Shown: positions 17,234-25,570 of the stretch, in pieces | Position numbering within the stretch: position 1 is the first letter of the stretch | Layout of the letters: the number at the start of each line of letters is the position of its first letter | DNA from: an uncultured Actinomycetes bacterium | GTDB taxonomy: Bacteria; Actinomycetota; Thermoleophilia; Gaiellales; JAICJC01 | DNA length: 64,000 nucleotides | Direction of reading: 5' to 3' | Assembly (NCBI GenBank): GCA_963737445.1 | Contig: CAVTSO010000025.1 | Location: 116,870-180,869, forward strand | Notes under the pieces: model-generated | The model's input: the letters and a program-made list of their open reading frames with translations, nothing else | Databases searched by the model: none | Told to the model about the DNA's origin: nothing | Program-made: the position numbers and the translations under genes

Positions 17234-18259
17234 GTGAGCCCTTGTCGATGGACGCTTGCCGCGGTCGTTGCACTCGCTGGTGCGTGCACCGGCGGGCACG
17301 AGAAGGTGGTTTCCATCCGGCAACCCCAGCGCGTGGCGATGGTCTACGCCGAGCCGATTCGGGATCTCCCATTCGGTCGCGGATGGCACGTGTTCGTTGC
17401 GGGACGCGAGGGTGGGGCAGCGCGGCGCATCGCGCAGGGCCACGATCCGGCGATCTCGCCGGATGGACGGTGGGTGGCCTACTTCACGCACCCCGATGCC
17501 GAACCTTCACGGCTGCACTTCGCCGAGGTTGGCAGTCGCCGCAGCTTCGAGCCCGACCTGCTCGGCGAGTGGAACTACGAGTCTGCGATCTGGGATCCCA
17601 CGTCGCACCGCATCGCTGTCGTCATGTCGAATGGCCACGAGAGCGCGATCGGTGTGGTGGAGCCAAGCCCCGGCGCTCCCACGCGCATTCTGGTCCGCGG
17701 CGCCGCCGGGATCGGCATGACCTTCTCACCGGACGGCAGTCAACTCGCCTTTGTGCGCTCGCATCGAAGTGGCGCCGACATCTGCACCGTGGGATCTGGG
17801 GGCGGGGCTTCGTCTTGCCTCACGCACAGCGGTTGGAACGAGTCGCCGGCGTGGGGTGCGCTCGGCATTGCGTTCGAGCGAGGCGGACTCTGTACTGGCG
17901 ACGTGTGGCTGATGGACGGTGACGGCTCCGACGCGCGGCAGATCACCCATAGCGGAGGGGCCGGAATCGCACCCGTCGCGGTTTCGAGTGATGGACGCCG
18001 ACTGCTCGGCGCGTACCTTTGCCCGAACAACGGCAAGCTATGGGCCGTCGACCTTGTCTCGGGTGCGGCGCGGGATCTGACCGGGTTTGTTGGCGACCTG
18101 GCGCCTGATGGGATCTCTCGCGATGGGCGCACCGTTCTGGCGTCGATCGGCTGCGGCGAGGCAATCGGGGAAGCCGGCCGCGTGGAACTCATCCCGTTTA
18201 CAGGTGGCAAGCCGCGAGTGGTTGCCCACGGGCCTTGTCGCGCAAGCTGGAACGCCTAG
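17234..18259 (+). CDS. putative lipoprotein with TolB-like PD40 beta-propeller repeats
   Basis: 341 aa. Signal and lipobox-like N-terminus LAAVVALAGAC. Repeated PD40 signatures: ISPDGRWVAY, FSPDGSQLAF, VSSDGRRLL, ISRDGRTVL. The 5' flank is visibly less GC-rich than its surroundings. Confidence 0.65.
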   Translation: MSPCRWTLAAVVALAGACTGGHEKVVSIRQPQRVAMVYAEPIRDLPFGRGWHVFVAGREGGAARRIAQGHDPAISPDGRWVAYFTHPDAEPSRLHFAEVGSRRSFEPDLLGEWNYESAIWDPTSHRIAVVMSNGHESAIGVVEPSPGAPTRILVRGAAGIGMTFSPDGSQLAFVRSHRSGADICTVGSGGGASSCLTHSGWNESPAWGALGIAFERGGLCTGDVWLMDGDGSDARQITHSGGAGIAPVAVSSDGRRLLGAYLCPNNGKLWAVDLVSGAARDLTGFVGDLAPDGISRDGRTVLASIGCGEAIGEAGRVELIPFTGGKPRVVAHGPCRASWNA

Positions 18260-18308
18260 CCGGGCGGCGCTCGGTCGCGACAGGGGGGAGGGTATCGTTG
18301 GTGGGCCT

Positions 18309-18974
18309 ATGCGAATCCTGGTCGCCCGCTGCGAGATCGCCTACCACGGCCGTGCCACGACTCGCCTGGGGGCGGGCGATCGCGTGATCATCTTCAAGGC
18401 CGACGGCAGCCTCTGCGTCCACGCCGACCACTCCTACAAACCGCTCAACTACATGGCCGGCCCCACCTCCGTGACCGAGGACGGGGACGTGATCCGCGTC
18501 TACCGGGCGGCGTCCGACGAGACGCTGGTGATCGTGGTGCACGAGGTGCTGACCGATGAGCGCCGCGAGCTGGTCGACGAGGCGGTGTTCGAGCACGACG
18601 GCGCCGAGCGCCAGTGGCACCTGCTGCTGGAGCGGGCGCCGGAGGCGATCGAAGCAGGGCTGGTGGTGCTGGAGCGGGAGCGCTTCACCGACACCGGCCC
18701 GATCGACCTGTTCTGCCGCGACGTTGACGGTCGCACGGTGGTGGTGGAGGTGAAGCGCACCCGCGCAGTGGCCGCGCACGTCGAGCAGCTGACCCGCTAC
18801 TGCGAGCGAGTCGACCGCGACCCGGCGCATGCGCCCTGCCGGGGCATCCTGGTCGCGCCCGAGATCGCGCCGCAGGCCCGCGTGATGTGCACCGCCCGTG
18901 GCTTTGGCTTCGTCGAACTCGACTTTGGCGTGCTGAAGGGCGAGGTCGCGCCCGAGCTGACGCTCTTCGACTGA
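18309..18974 (+). CDS. nucS: endonuclease NucS (EndoMS, mismatch-specific)
   Basis: Inner part of track ORF 18087..18974, with the ATG at 18309. MRILVARCEIAYHGRATTRL...GPIDLFCRDVDGRTVVVEVKR...GILVAPEI is the conserved NucS N-domain plus its RecB-like nuclease domain. Confidence 0.9.
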   Translation: MRILVARCEIAYHGRATTRLGAGDRVIIFKADGSLCVHADHSYKPLNYMAGPTSVTEDGDVIRVYRAASDETLVIVVHEVLTDERRELVDEAVFEHDGAERQWHLLLERAPEAIEAGLVVLERERFTDTGPIDLFCRDVDGRTVVVEVKRTRAVAAHVEQLTRYCERVDRDPAHAPCRGILVAPEIAPQARVMCTARGFGFVELDFGVLKGEVAPELTLFD

Positions 18975-18976
18975 GC

Positions 18977-20053
18977 CTAGAGCGCGGCGACAGCTTCCAG
19001 GAAGCGGTCAATCTCCTCGGCTGTGGAGTAGTGCGCGGCGCCCACACGCACCGCGCCGCCGTTCTGCTCGAGGCCCAGCCGCTCCATCAGCTCGAGCGCG
19101 TAGTAGTTGCCGTCCCAGACGAAGATGCCCTGCGCGCCCAGCGCGGCGGCCACCGCGGCCGGCGCCCGGCCCTCGACCGTGAACGTCACGGTCGGCACCC
19201 GCCGGTCGAGATCACGCGTGCCGTACTGGTGCACGCCGTCGATCCGGTCGAGCCCCTCGATCAGCCGCTCGGTCAGCCCGCGCTCGTAGCCGGTGATCGC
19301 CTCGGCGCCGATCGACACCAGATAGCGGGCCGCGGCGGCCGTCCCGGCGATGCCCTCGAGGTTGACCGTCCCGGTCTCCCACGAGCCGGGCGGCTGGTCG
19401 TGGGCCGGCCGCACCTTGTAGGGCTTGATCCGCTCCAGCAGCTCCGCCCGGCCGTACAGCACGCCCACGTGGGGGCCGTAGAACTTGTAGGCGGAGCAGA
19501 CCAGGAAGTCGCAGCCCAGCGCGTGCACGTCCATCGGCCCGTGCGGCGCATACTGGACGGCGTCCACGTAGCTGAGCGCGCCCGCCTCGCGCGCCATCCG
19601 GCACATGGCCGCGGCGTCGGAGATGGTGCCGGCGCCGTTCGACGCCCAGTTGAATGCGGCGATGCGGGTGCGGTCCGACAGCTTGGCGGCGAAGTCGTCG
19701 AGATCGATCAGGCACGCCTCGGGATCGATGTCGACCTGGCGCACGGTGATGCCTCTGTCTCTGGCTGCCAGCAGCCATGGCGCCACGTTGCCGTCGTGGT
19801 CAACGCGGGTGACCAGGATCTCGTCGCTCTCGCCCAGGTCGCGCGTCAGCGCCCGCGAGGCGTGGAACGTGAGCGTGGTCATGTTGGCGCCGAAGACGAC
19901 CTCGCCGGGATCGCAGCCCAGCATCGCCGCCAGGTCGGCGCGCGCGCCGGACAGCACCGCGTCCGATGCCTGGGACGTTTCGAACGGGCCGCCCAGGTTG
20001 GCGTTTGAGTGCAGGTAGTAGCCGGACACCGCCTCGATCACGGACTCGTGCAC
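18977..20053 (-). CDS. class V aminotransferase, cysteine desulfurase-like
   Basis: Track ORF of 358 aa (SAYKFYGPHVGVLYG contains the PLP-lysine region). Conserved N-terminal sequence FDVTAIRAQFPSLRPGRIYLDNPGGTQ continues in frame up to 20164 but holds no ATG, GTG or TTG, so the true start is unresolved. Confidence 0.7.
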   Translation of the reverse strand: MHESVIEAVSGYYLHSNANLGGPFETSQASDAVLSGARADLAAMLGCDPGEVVFGANMTTLTFHASRALTRDLGESDEILVTRVDHDGNVAPWLLAARDRGITVRQVDIDPEACLIDLDDFAAKLSDRTRIAAFNWASNGAGTISDAAAMCRMAREAGALSYVDAVQYAPHGPMDVHALGCDFLVCSAYKFYGPHVGVLYGRAELLERIKPYKVRPAHDQPPGSWETGTVNLEGIAGTAAAARYLVSIGAEAITGYERGLTERLIEGLDRIDGVHQYGTRDLDRRVPTVTFTVEGRAPAAVAAALGAQGIFVWDGNYYALELMERLGLEQNGGAVRVGAAHYSTAEEIDRFLEAVAAL

Positions 20054-20169
20054 CTGCGTGCCGCCGGGGTTGTCCAGGTAGATGCGCCCTGGCCGCAGCG
20101 ACGGGAACTGTGCCCGGATCGCGGTGACGTCGAAGGTGGCAGCCGTGGCGCCGATGCCGACAGTCTACG

Positions 20170-21582
20170 ATGATCGGCATGCGACTTGCCATCCTAGGAG
20201 GCGGACCTGCCGGGTACGCCGCCGCAGCCACCGCCGCCCACCTCGGTGCCGACGTCACGCTGATCGAGGACAACCAGCTGGGCGGCAACTGCACCATGAC
20301 CGACGCGATCCCGTCCAAGACGCTGCTGACGACGGCCGACGCGATGCTGAAGATCAGCCAGGCCGAGGAGGAGGGCGTCGACTTCGCGCGCGGCTTCCCC
20401 GAGGTCAACCTGCGCCGCACGCTGGCCCGCGCCCGCGCCGTGGCGCTACACCAGAGCCGTGGTGTGCGCGAGCGCATGGACGGCATGAACGTGAGCGTCC
20501 TTCCCGGCCACGGTGTCGTCACGTCAGCCGACACCCTGACCACGCGCGTCGACGACCAGGACATCGAGGTGCAGTTCGACGCGCTGCTGGTCTGTACCGG
20601 CGCCTCCCCGTTCGTGCCGCCGTTCGCCCGCCCCGACGGCCGCCGCGTGCTGACGACGCGCCAGGTGTTCGACCTGCGCCACCTGCCCGAGCACCTGGTG
20701 GTGCTGGGGGCGGGGCCGACCGGCTGCGAGTTCGCGGACTTCTTCTCGCGCTGCGGCTCTCGTGTCACGCTGGTGTCGGCGCGCGACCAGATCCTGCCCA
20801 ACGATGACCCCGATCTGGCCGAGGTGCTGGAGGAGGTGTTCCTCAAGCGCGGCATGGACGTGATCAAGAACGGCCGGGCGGCCGCCATCGACATCGAGGA
20901 CGGTGAGTGCGTGCGGCTGGTGCTGGAGGACGGCCGCGAGCTGGACTGCTCGCACGTGCTGCTCTGCATCGGGATGCGTCCGAACACGATGGAGCTGGGG
21001 CTGGAGTCGGCCGGCGTCACGTTCGGCGATCGCGGCACGCTGCCGATCGACGAGTTCTGCCGCACCAACGTCGAGAACATCTACGCCTGCGGCGACGTCA
21101 CCGGCCAGATCATGCTCGCCAACACGGCGGCCATGCACGGCCGCACGGCCGCGATGCACGCGCTCGGGTTGCCGGTGGATGCAGTCAGCTACACCGGCGT
21201 TGCCTGGTGCGTGTTCACGCGGCCGGAGATCGCCAAGGCCGGCATCTCGGAGCGGCAGGCACGCATCGACGGCATCCCGGTCAGCGTCACGAAGCACCTG
21301 ATCCGTGCCAACCCGCGGGCGGTGATGGAGAACGAGACCGACGGCATCATCAAGCTGCTGTCCGACCCCGACGACGGCACCGTCCTGGGCGGGGCGATGG
21401 TCGGCCTGCGCGCGTCCGAGGTGATCACGACGGTGGCGCTGGCCGTGCACGCGAAGCTGGGCGTGCAGGCCCTGGCCGAGACCGCGGCCGTGAACCCGTC
21501 GATGTCGGAGAGCCTGCAGCGCACCGCTGAGAAGGCGGCCGAGGGCATGATGGGCGTGTCGCGGGTGACGCTCACCTCCTGA
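20170..21582 (+). CDS. pyridine nucleotide-disulfide oxidoreductase, LpdA-like flavoprotein lacking the redox-active CxxxxC pair
   Basis: 470 aa. FAD motif ILGGGPAGYAAA, NAD motif VLGAGPTGCEFA and a C-terminal dimerisation domain are present. The position of the usual GGTCLNVGCIPSK reads GGNCTMTDAIPSK, with a single Cys. Confidence 0.8.
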   Translation: MIGMRLAILGGGPAGYAAAATAAHLGADVTLIEDNQLGGNCTMTDAIPSKTLLTTADAMLKISQAEEEGVDFARGFPEVNLRRTLARARAVALHQSRGVRERMDGMNVSVLPGHGVVTSADTLTTRVDDQDIEVQFDALLVCTGASPFVPPFARPDGRRVLTTRQVFDLRHLPEHLVVLGAGPTGCEFADFFSRCGSRVTLVSARDQILPNDDPDLAEVLEEVFLKRGMDVIKNGRAAAIDIEDGECVRLVLEDGRELDCSHVLLCIGMRPNTMELGLESAGVTFGDRGTLPIDEFCRTNVENIYACGDVTGQIMLANTAAMHGRTAAMHALGLPVDAVSYTGVAWCVFTRPEIAKAGISERQARIDGIPVSVTKHLIRANPRAVMENETDGIIKLLSDPDDGTVLGGAMVGLRASEVITTVALAVHAKLGVQALAETAAVNPSMSESLQRTAEKAAEGMMGVSRVTLTS

Positions 21583-21590
21583 GCCCGCGG

Positions 21591-22349
21591 CTACACGTCG
21601 ATGCGCAGCCCCGGCATCGCCAGGTCGATCGGCCCCTTGTACTCCGCTCCGGCCCGCTCGCGCACGAAGTCGTACCCGATCTCCTCAGGGATGTGGGTGA
21701 GCAGCAGCCGCTTGGCGCCGGCCCGGCGGGCCTCACGCCCGGCCTCGGCCGCGTCCATGTGACCGCGCTCGCTGGAGTCGTTCGAGGCGTCGCCCAGCGC
21801 CGCCTCGCACACGAACAGATCGGCGCCGTGGGCGAAGCGCGCCAGCCGCTCGGTCGGCGCGGTGTCGGCCGAGAACACGATCACCGCCGACGGCGTCGCG
21901 ATCTTCACCGAGTAACAGGTGGTGTAGTGCAGGCACGGCGCGAACGTGATGTGCAGGTCACCCAGCCGCAGATCGTCGTGGGGGTCGTACTCGATCAGGT
22001 CGAATGCTGCCTCGAACGTCTCCACCGATCCGTCCCAGACCGAGGCGACCGTGTCCAGCACCGCGCGGCCGCCGGGCGGCAGGTGCAGCAGCGGCTTGGG
22101 CCGGTCGCGCCAGCTGCCGTAGCGGAAGGCGTAGTGCAGCGGCACCAGGTCGAACCAGTGGTCGGCGTGGAAGTGCGTGATCAGGATGTCGGTCAGCGGC
22201 GGCGGGTTGACCGCGCGCAGCTCCTGCGCGATCCCCGATCCGCAGTCGATCAGCATCCGCCGCTCGTCGGACTCGAGCAGGTACCCGCTGGCCGCCTGGC
22301 CCGGGTTGGGCCAGGCCGGGCTACCGCCGAGCACTGTCCACGACAGCAC
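21591..22349 (-). CDS. MBL-fold metallo-hydrolase
   Basis: 252 aa. Carries the HxHxDH motif (ITHFHADHW). Confidence 0.8.
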   Translation of the reverse strand: MLSWTVLGGSPAWPNPGQAASGYLLESDERRMLIDCGSGIAQELRAVNPPPLTDILITHFHADHWFDLVPLHYAFRYGSWRDRPKPLLHLPPGGRAVLDTVASVWDGSVETFEAAFDLIEYDPHDDLRLGDLHITFAPCLHYTTCYSVKIATPSAVIVFSADTAPTERLARFAHGADLFVCEAALGDASNDSSERGHMDAAEAGREARRAGAKRLLLTHIPEEIGYDFVRERAGAEYKGPIDLAMPGLRIDV

Positions 22350-22352
22350 CGC

Positions 22353-23132
22353 CTACATCCCCATCGCGTGGTAGCCGGAGTCGACGTAGAGCGTGGTGCC
22401 GGTGACCATCGAGGCCAGCGGACTACACAGGTAGAGCGCGGCGTTGCCGACGTCGCCGGCCTCGATGTTGCGCTGCAACGGCGACCGGGCCTCGATCACC
22501 GCCTCCATCTGGTCGAAGCCGGGGATGCCCTTCGCCGCCAGCGTGCGAACCGGCCCGGCCGAGATAGCGTTGACCCGGATCTGCTCGGGGCCGAGCTCGT
22601 AGGCCAGGTAGCGCACCGAGCACTCCAGCGCCGCCTTCGCGGCCGCCATCACGTTGTACTTCGGGAACGCGCGCTCGCTCGCCATGTAGGTGAGCGTCAC
22701 CATCGCGCCGCCGCCGCGCGGCGCCATCAGCGGCTCGGCCGACCGTGCCATCGCGACCATCGAGTAGGCCGAGATGTCAAGGGCGGTCACAAAGGCGTGC
22801 CGGGAGGTGTCGATGAAGCGGCCCTCGAACGACTCGGCCGGGGCGAAGGCGATCGAGTGGGCGAGGATGTCGAGCCCGCCCAGCCGCTCGCCGAGCTGGT
22901 CGAAGGCGGCCTCGATGCTCTCGTCGCTGGACACGTCGCAGGGCACCACCACTTCGGAGCCCACGGTTTCCGCCAGCTTGCGCACCGAATCCTCCAGGCG
23001 GTCGCCCTGGTACGTGAACGCCAGCCTCGCTCCAGCGCCGTGCAGCGCCTGGGCGATGGCCCATGCGATCGAGCGCTTATTGGCGACGCCGGCGACGAGA
23101 GCCAGCTTGCCGTCGAGGATGCCTTCGGTCAC
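22353..23132 (-). CDS. fabI: enoyl-[acyl-carrier-protein] reductase (NADH) FabI
   Basis: 259 aa. GKLALVAGVANKRSIAWAIAQALHGAGARLAFTYQ and the YxxxxxxK region (YNVMAAAKAALE) are typical of FabI. Confidence 0.85.
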   Translation of the reverse strand: MTEGILDGKLALVAGVANKRSIAWAIAQALHGAGARLAFTYQGDRLEDSVRKLAETVGSEVVVPCDVSSDESIEAAFDQLGERLGGLDILAHSIAFAPAESFEGRFIDTSRHAFVTALDISAYSMVAMARSAEPLMAPRGGGAMVTLTYMASERAFPKYNVMAAAKAALECSVRYLAYELGPEQIRVNAISAGPVRTLAAKGIPGFDQMEAVIEARSPLQRNIEAGDVGNAALYLCSPLASMVTGTTLYVDSGYHAMGM

Positions 23133-23218
23133 AGCGGTCCTTTCGCGTGGTTCGGAAACCGCGCAGACGCTAGCACGGCGGCGACGGGTTCGGCCGTCGG
23201 GTGGAAGCCTTTGCCGGA

Positions 23219-25153
23219 CTAGCGTCCCAGATCGAACTGCGCCAGCACATCCGGGTCCTCGAGCGAGGAGAGGTCACCCGGATCCTCGCCCAGCACGGCT
23301 GCGCGCACGGCGCGCCGCACGATCTTCGCGCTGCGCGTCTTCGGCAGCGCCGTCACGAAGCGGATCTGGTCGGGGGCGAAGGCCTTGCCCAGCTCGGCAA
23401 CGACCGTCTCGCGCACGGCCGCCCGCAGCGCGTCCGTCGGCTCGACCCCGATCTGCGGTACGCAGAACAGCCATGCCACCTCACCCTTCACGTCGTGCGG
23501 TACGCCGATCGCACAGGCCTCGGCCACGCCCGCGCAGCGCACCGCCGCCGATTCGAACTCGGCCGGCCCGATCCGCTTGCCCGCGACGTTGAGGGTGTCG
23601 TCGGATCGCCCGTGCAGGTACCAGTAGCCGTCCGTGTCGATCGATGCCCAGTCGCCGTGCACCCAGATCCCGGGCCAGCGCGACCAGTACGCGTCCAGGA
23701 ACCGCTGGCGATCGCCCCAGATGCCGCGGGTCATTGACGGCCAGGGCTTGCGGCACACCAGCTCGCCCACCTCGCCCGGCGCCACCGGCTCGCCGTCGGG
23801 CCCCAGCACGTCCATCGCCATGCCCAGCGAGGGCATGCCCAGCGTGCACTCCTTGAGCGGCATCACCGGCATCGGCGACAGGAAGCAAGCCGCCACCTCG
23901 GTGCCGCCCGACAGGTTGATGATCGGGCAGCGCCGTTCGCCCACCACCTCGAACAGCCAGCGGTAGGGGTCGGGGTTCCAGGGCTCTCCCGTCGAGGCCA
24001 GGATCCGCAGCGAGCTGAGATCGTGCTCCCGCGCCGGCGCGTCGCCGTGGCCGCGGAGCGCCCGGATCAGGGTGGGGGAGACACCCAGTACCGAGATCCG
24101 GTGCCGCTCCACTAGCTGCCACAGCCGGCCCGGGCCGGGGTGGTCGGGCGCGCCCTCCGACACCACCAGCGTGGCCCCAAGAGCACCGGCGCCGACCACC
24201 TCCCAGGGGCCCATGATCCAGCCCATGTCGGTCACCCACATGAACCGGTCGTCAGCGGCGACGTCGGTCTGAAACGCGCACTCCTCGGCGATCTTGACCA
24301 GGAACCCGCCGTGCACGTGCACCGCTCCCTTCGGCCGCCCCGTGGTGCCGGAGGTGTAGATCACCATCATCGGCGTCTCCGGGTCGAGCGGCGGCGCGGG
24401 CAGCTCCGCCGGCTGGCTCGCCACCAGCTCGTGCCAGTGGTGGTCGCGCCCACCGCGCATCGCCGGCCGCGTGCCCAGCCGGTCCCAAACCACGACGTGC
24501 CGCACCGACGGTGCCTGCGCGAGCGCCGCATCGGCGACCTCCTTCATCGAGACCGGCTTGCCGCGGCGCGGCACTGCGTCGGCCGTCAGCAGCGCCACCG
24601 CACCCGCGTCGCTCAGTCGCGCCGCCACGGCCGCCGCGCCGAAGCCGGAGAAGATGGGCACGGCGATGGCGCCGATCTTGCAGATCGCGTAGAAGCCCGC
24701 CACAACCTCCACCGACATCGGCAGGAACAGGCCGACCGTCTGGCCCGGCTCCACGCCCAGCTGCAGCAGCGCGTGGCCGATGCGGTTGACCTCGGCCTCG
24801 AGCTCGCCGTAGCTGACTGTCCGCACCTGGCCGTCCTCGCTCTCCCAGATCACGGCCGTGTGCTCGGGGCTGTCTCGGGCGTGCCGGTCGACGCAGTTGT
24901 GCGTCAGGTTGATGCGGCCGCCAACGAACCAGCGCGTCCACATCGGCCCGTCGCTTTGGTCATAGACCTGCGAGTAGGGCGTCGTGAACTCCAGCCCCAG
25001 GTGCGCGACCACGGCGTCCCAGAACCAGGCGATGTCGTCGTGCGCCCGGCGGCCCAGATCCCGCCAGTCGGCGATCCCCTGCTCGCGCATGAATGCCTTC
25101 ACCCGGGCGCGATCGACCACCTCCGCCGGAGGCGTCCAGATCACATTTTGCAT
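23219..25153 (-). CDS. AMP-forming acyl-CoA synthetase (acetyl/acetoacetyl-CoA synthetase family)
   Basis: 644 aa. AMP-binding motifs are present (MVIYTSGTTGRPKGAVHVHGG, YWYLHGRSDDTLNVAGKRIGPAE, LPKTRSAKIVRR). Confidence 0.8.
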   Translation of the reverse strand: MQNVIWTPPAEVVDRARVKAFMREQGIADWRDLGRRAHDDIAWFWDAVVAHLGLEFTTPYSQVYDQSDGPMWTRWFVGGRINLTHNCVDRHARDSPEHTAVIWESEDGQVRTVSYGELEAEVNRIGHALLQLGVEPGQTVGLFLPMSVEVVAGFYAICKIGAIAVPIFSGFGAAAVAARLSDAGAVALLTADAVPRRGKPVSMKEVADAALAQAPSVRHVVVWDRLGTRPAMRGGRDHHWHELVASQPAELPAPPLDPETPMMVIYTSGTTGRPKGAVHVHGGFLVKIAEECAFQTDVAADDRFMWVTDMGWIMGPWEVVGAGALGATLVVSEGAPDHPGPGRLWQLVERHRISVLGVSPTLIRALRGHGDAPAREHDLSSLRILASTGEPWNPDPYRWLFEVVGERRCPIINLSGGTEVAACFLSPMPVMPLKECTLGMPSLGMAMDVLGPDGEPVAPGEVGELVCRKPWPSMTRGIWGDRQRFLDAYWSRWPGIWVHGDWASIDTDGYWYLHGRSDDTLNVAGKRIGPAEFESAAVRCAGVAEACAIGVPHDVKGEVAWLFCVPQIGVEPTDALRAAVRETVVAELGKAFAPDQIRFVTALPKTRSAKIVRRAVRAAVLGEDPGDLSSLEDPDVLAQFDLGR

Positions 25154-25174
25154 AGGTGATACATAGGTGCTAGC

Positions 25175-25570
25175 GTGGGCGGTTCTATGGGACGGATGCT
25201 ACCCGTCGGTGATGCCGCTCGAGCGCTCGGCGTCAGCGTGGACACGCTGCGGCGCTGGGAGCGAAGCGGGCGCATCGCGACCGAGCGCGATTCGGCCAAC
25301 CGGCGCGTCGTCGACGAGGACGAGATCACGCGTCTGGGCGGACATGTCGTCCACCACGTCGACGCCTCGTTCTCGGCGCGAAACCGGTTCGAGGGCGTCA
25401 TCACCAGCGTCGAGGTGACCGGGGTGATCGCCCAGGTCGAGATGGAGTCCGGCGGCAACCACATCGTCTCGGTGATCACCCGTGATGCCGTCGAGGAGCT
25501 GGGTCTCGTGCCGGGGGTGAGGGCGGTGGCCACGGTCAAGGCCACCTCGGTGATGGTGGCGCGGCTGTGA
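25175..25570 (+). CDS. MerR/excisionase-type HTH plus TOBE (Mop) domain protein, probable molybdate-responsive regulator
   Basis: 131-aa track ORF. The HTH is VGDAARALGVSVDTLRRWERSGRI. The C-terminal TOBE domain is ARNRFEGVITSVEVTGVIAQVEMESG...ATVKATSVMV. It overlaps the modA start. The start could also be the ATG at 25187 or 25196. Confidence 0.7.
   Translation: MGGSMGRMLPVGDAARALGVSVDTLRRWERSGRIATERDSANRRVVDEDEITRLGGHVVHHVDASFSARNRFEGVITSVEVTGVIAQVEMESGGNHIVSVITRDAVEELGLVPGVRAVATVKATSVMVARL

Noticed and set aside
17151-17372. 73-aa minus-strand ORF ending ...HWFDDNPGHEVPHFYVSTDDIHGLVVT at the nucS-fragment/insert junction
   Set aside because: Only the last ~30 codons look protein-like, I recognise no family, and it overlaps the lipoprotein start. 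It may be a gene fragment carried in with the insert, but I cannot support calling it.
21693-23222. 509-aa ORF antisense to the MBL hydrolase and fabI genes
   Set aside because: It spans two well-supported genes on the opposite strand and has no motifs. It is a GC-driven open frame.
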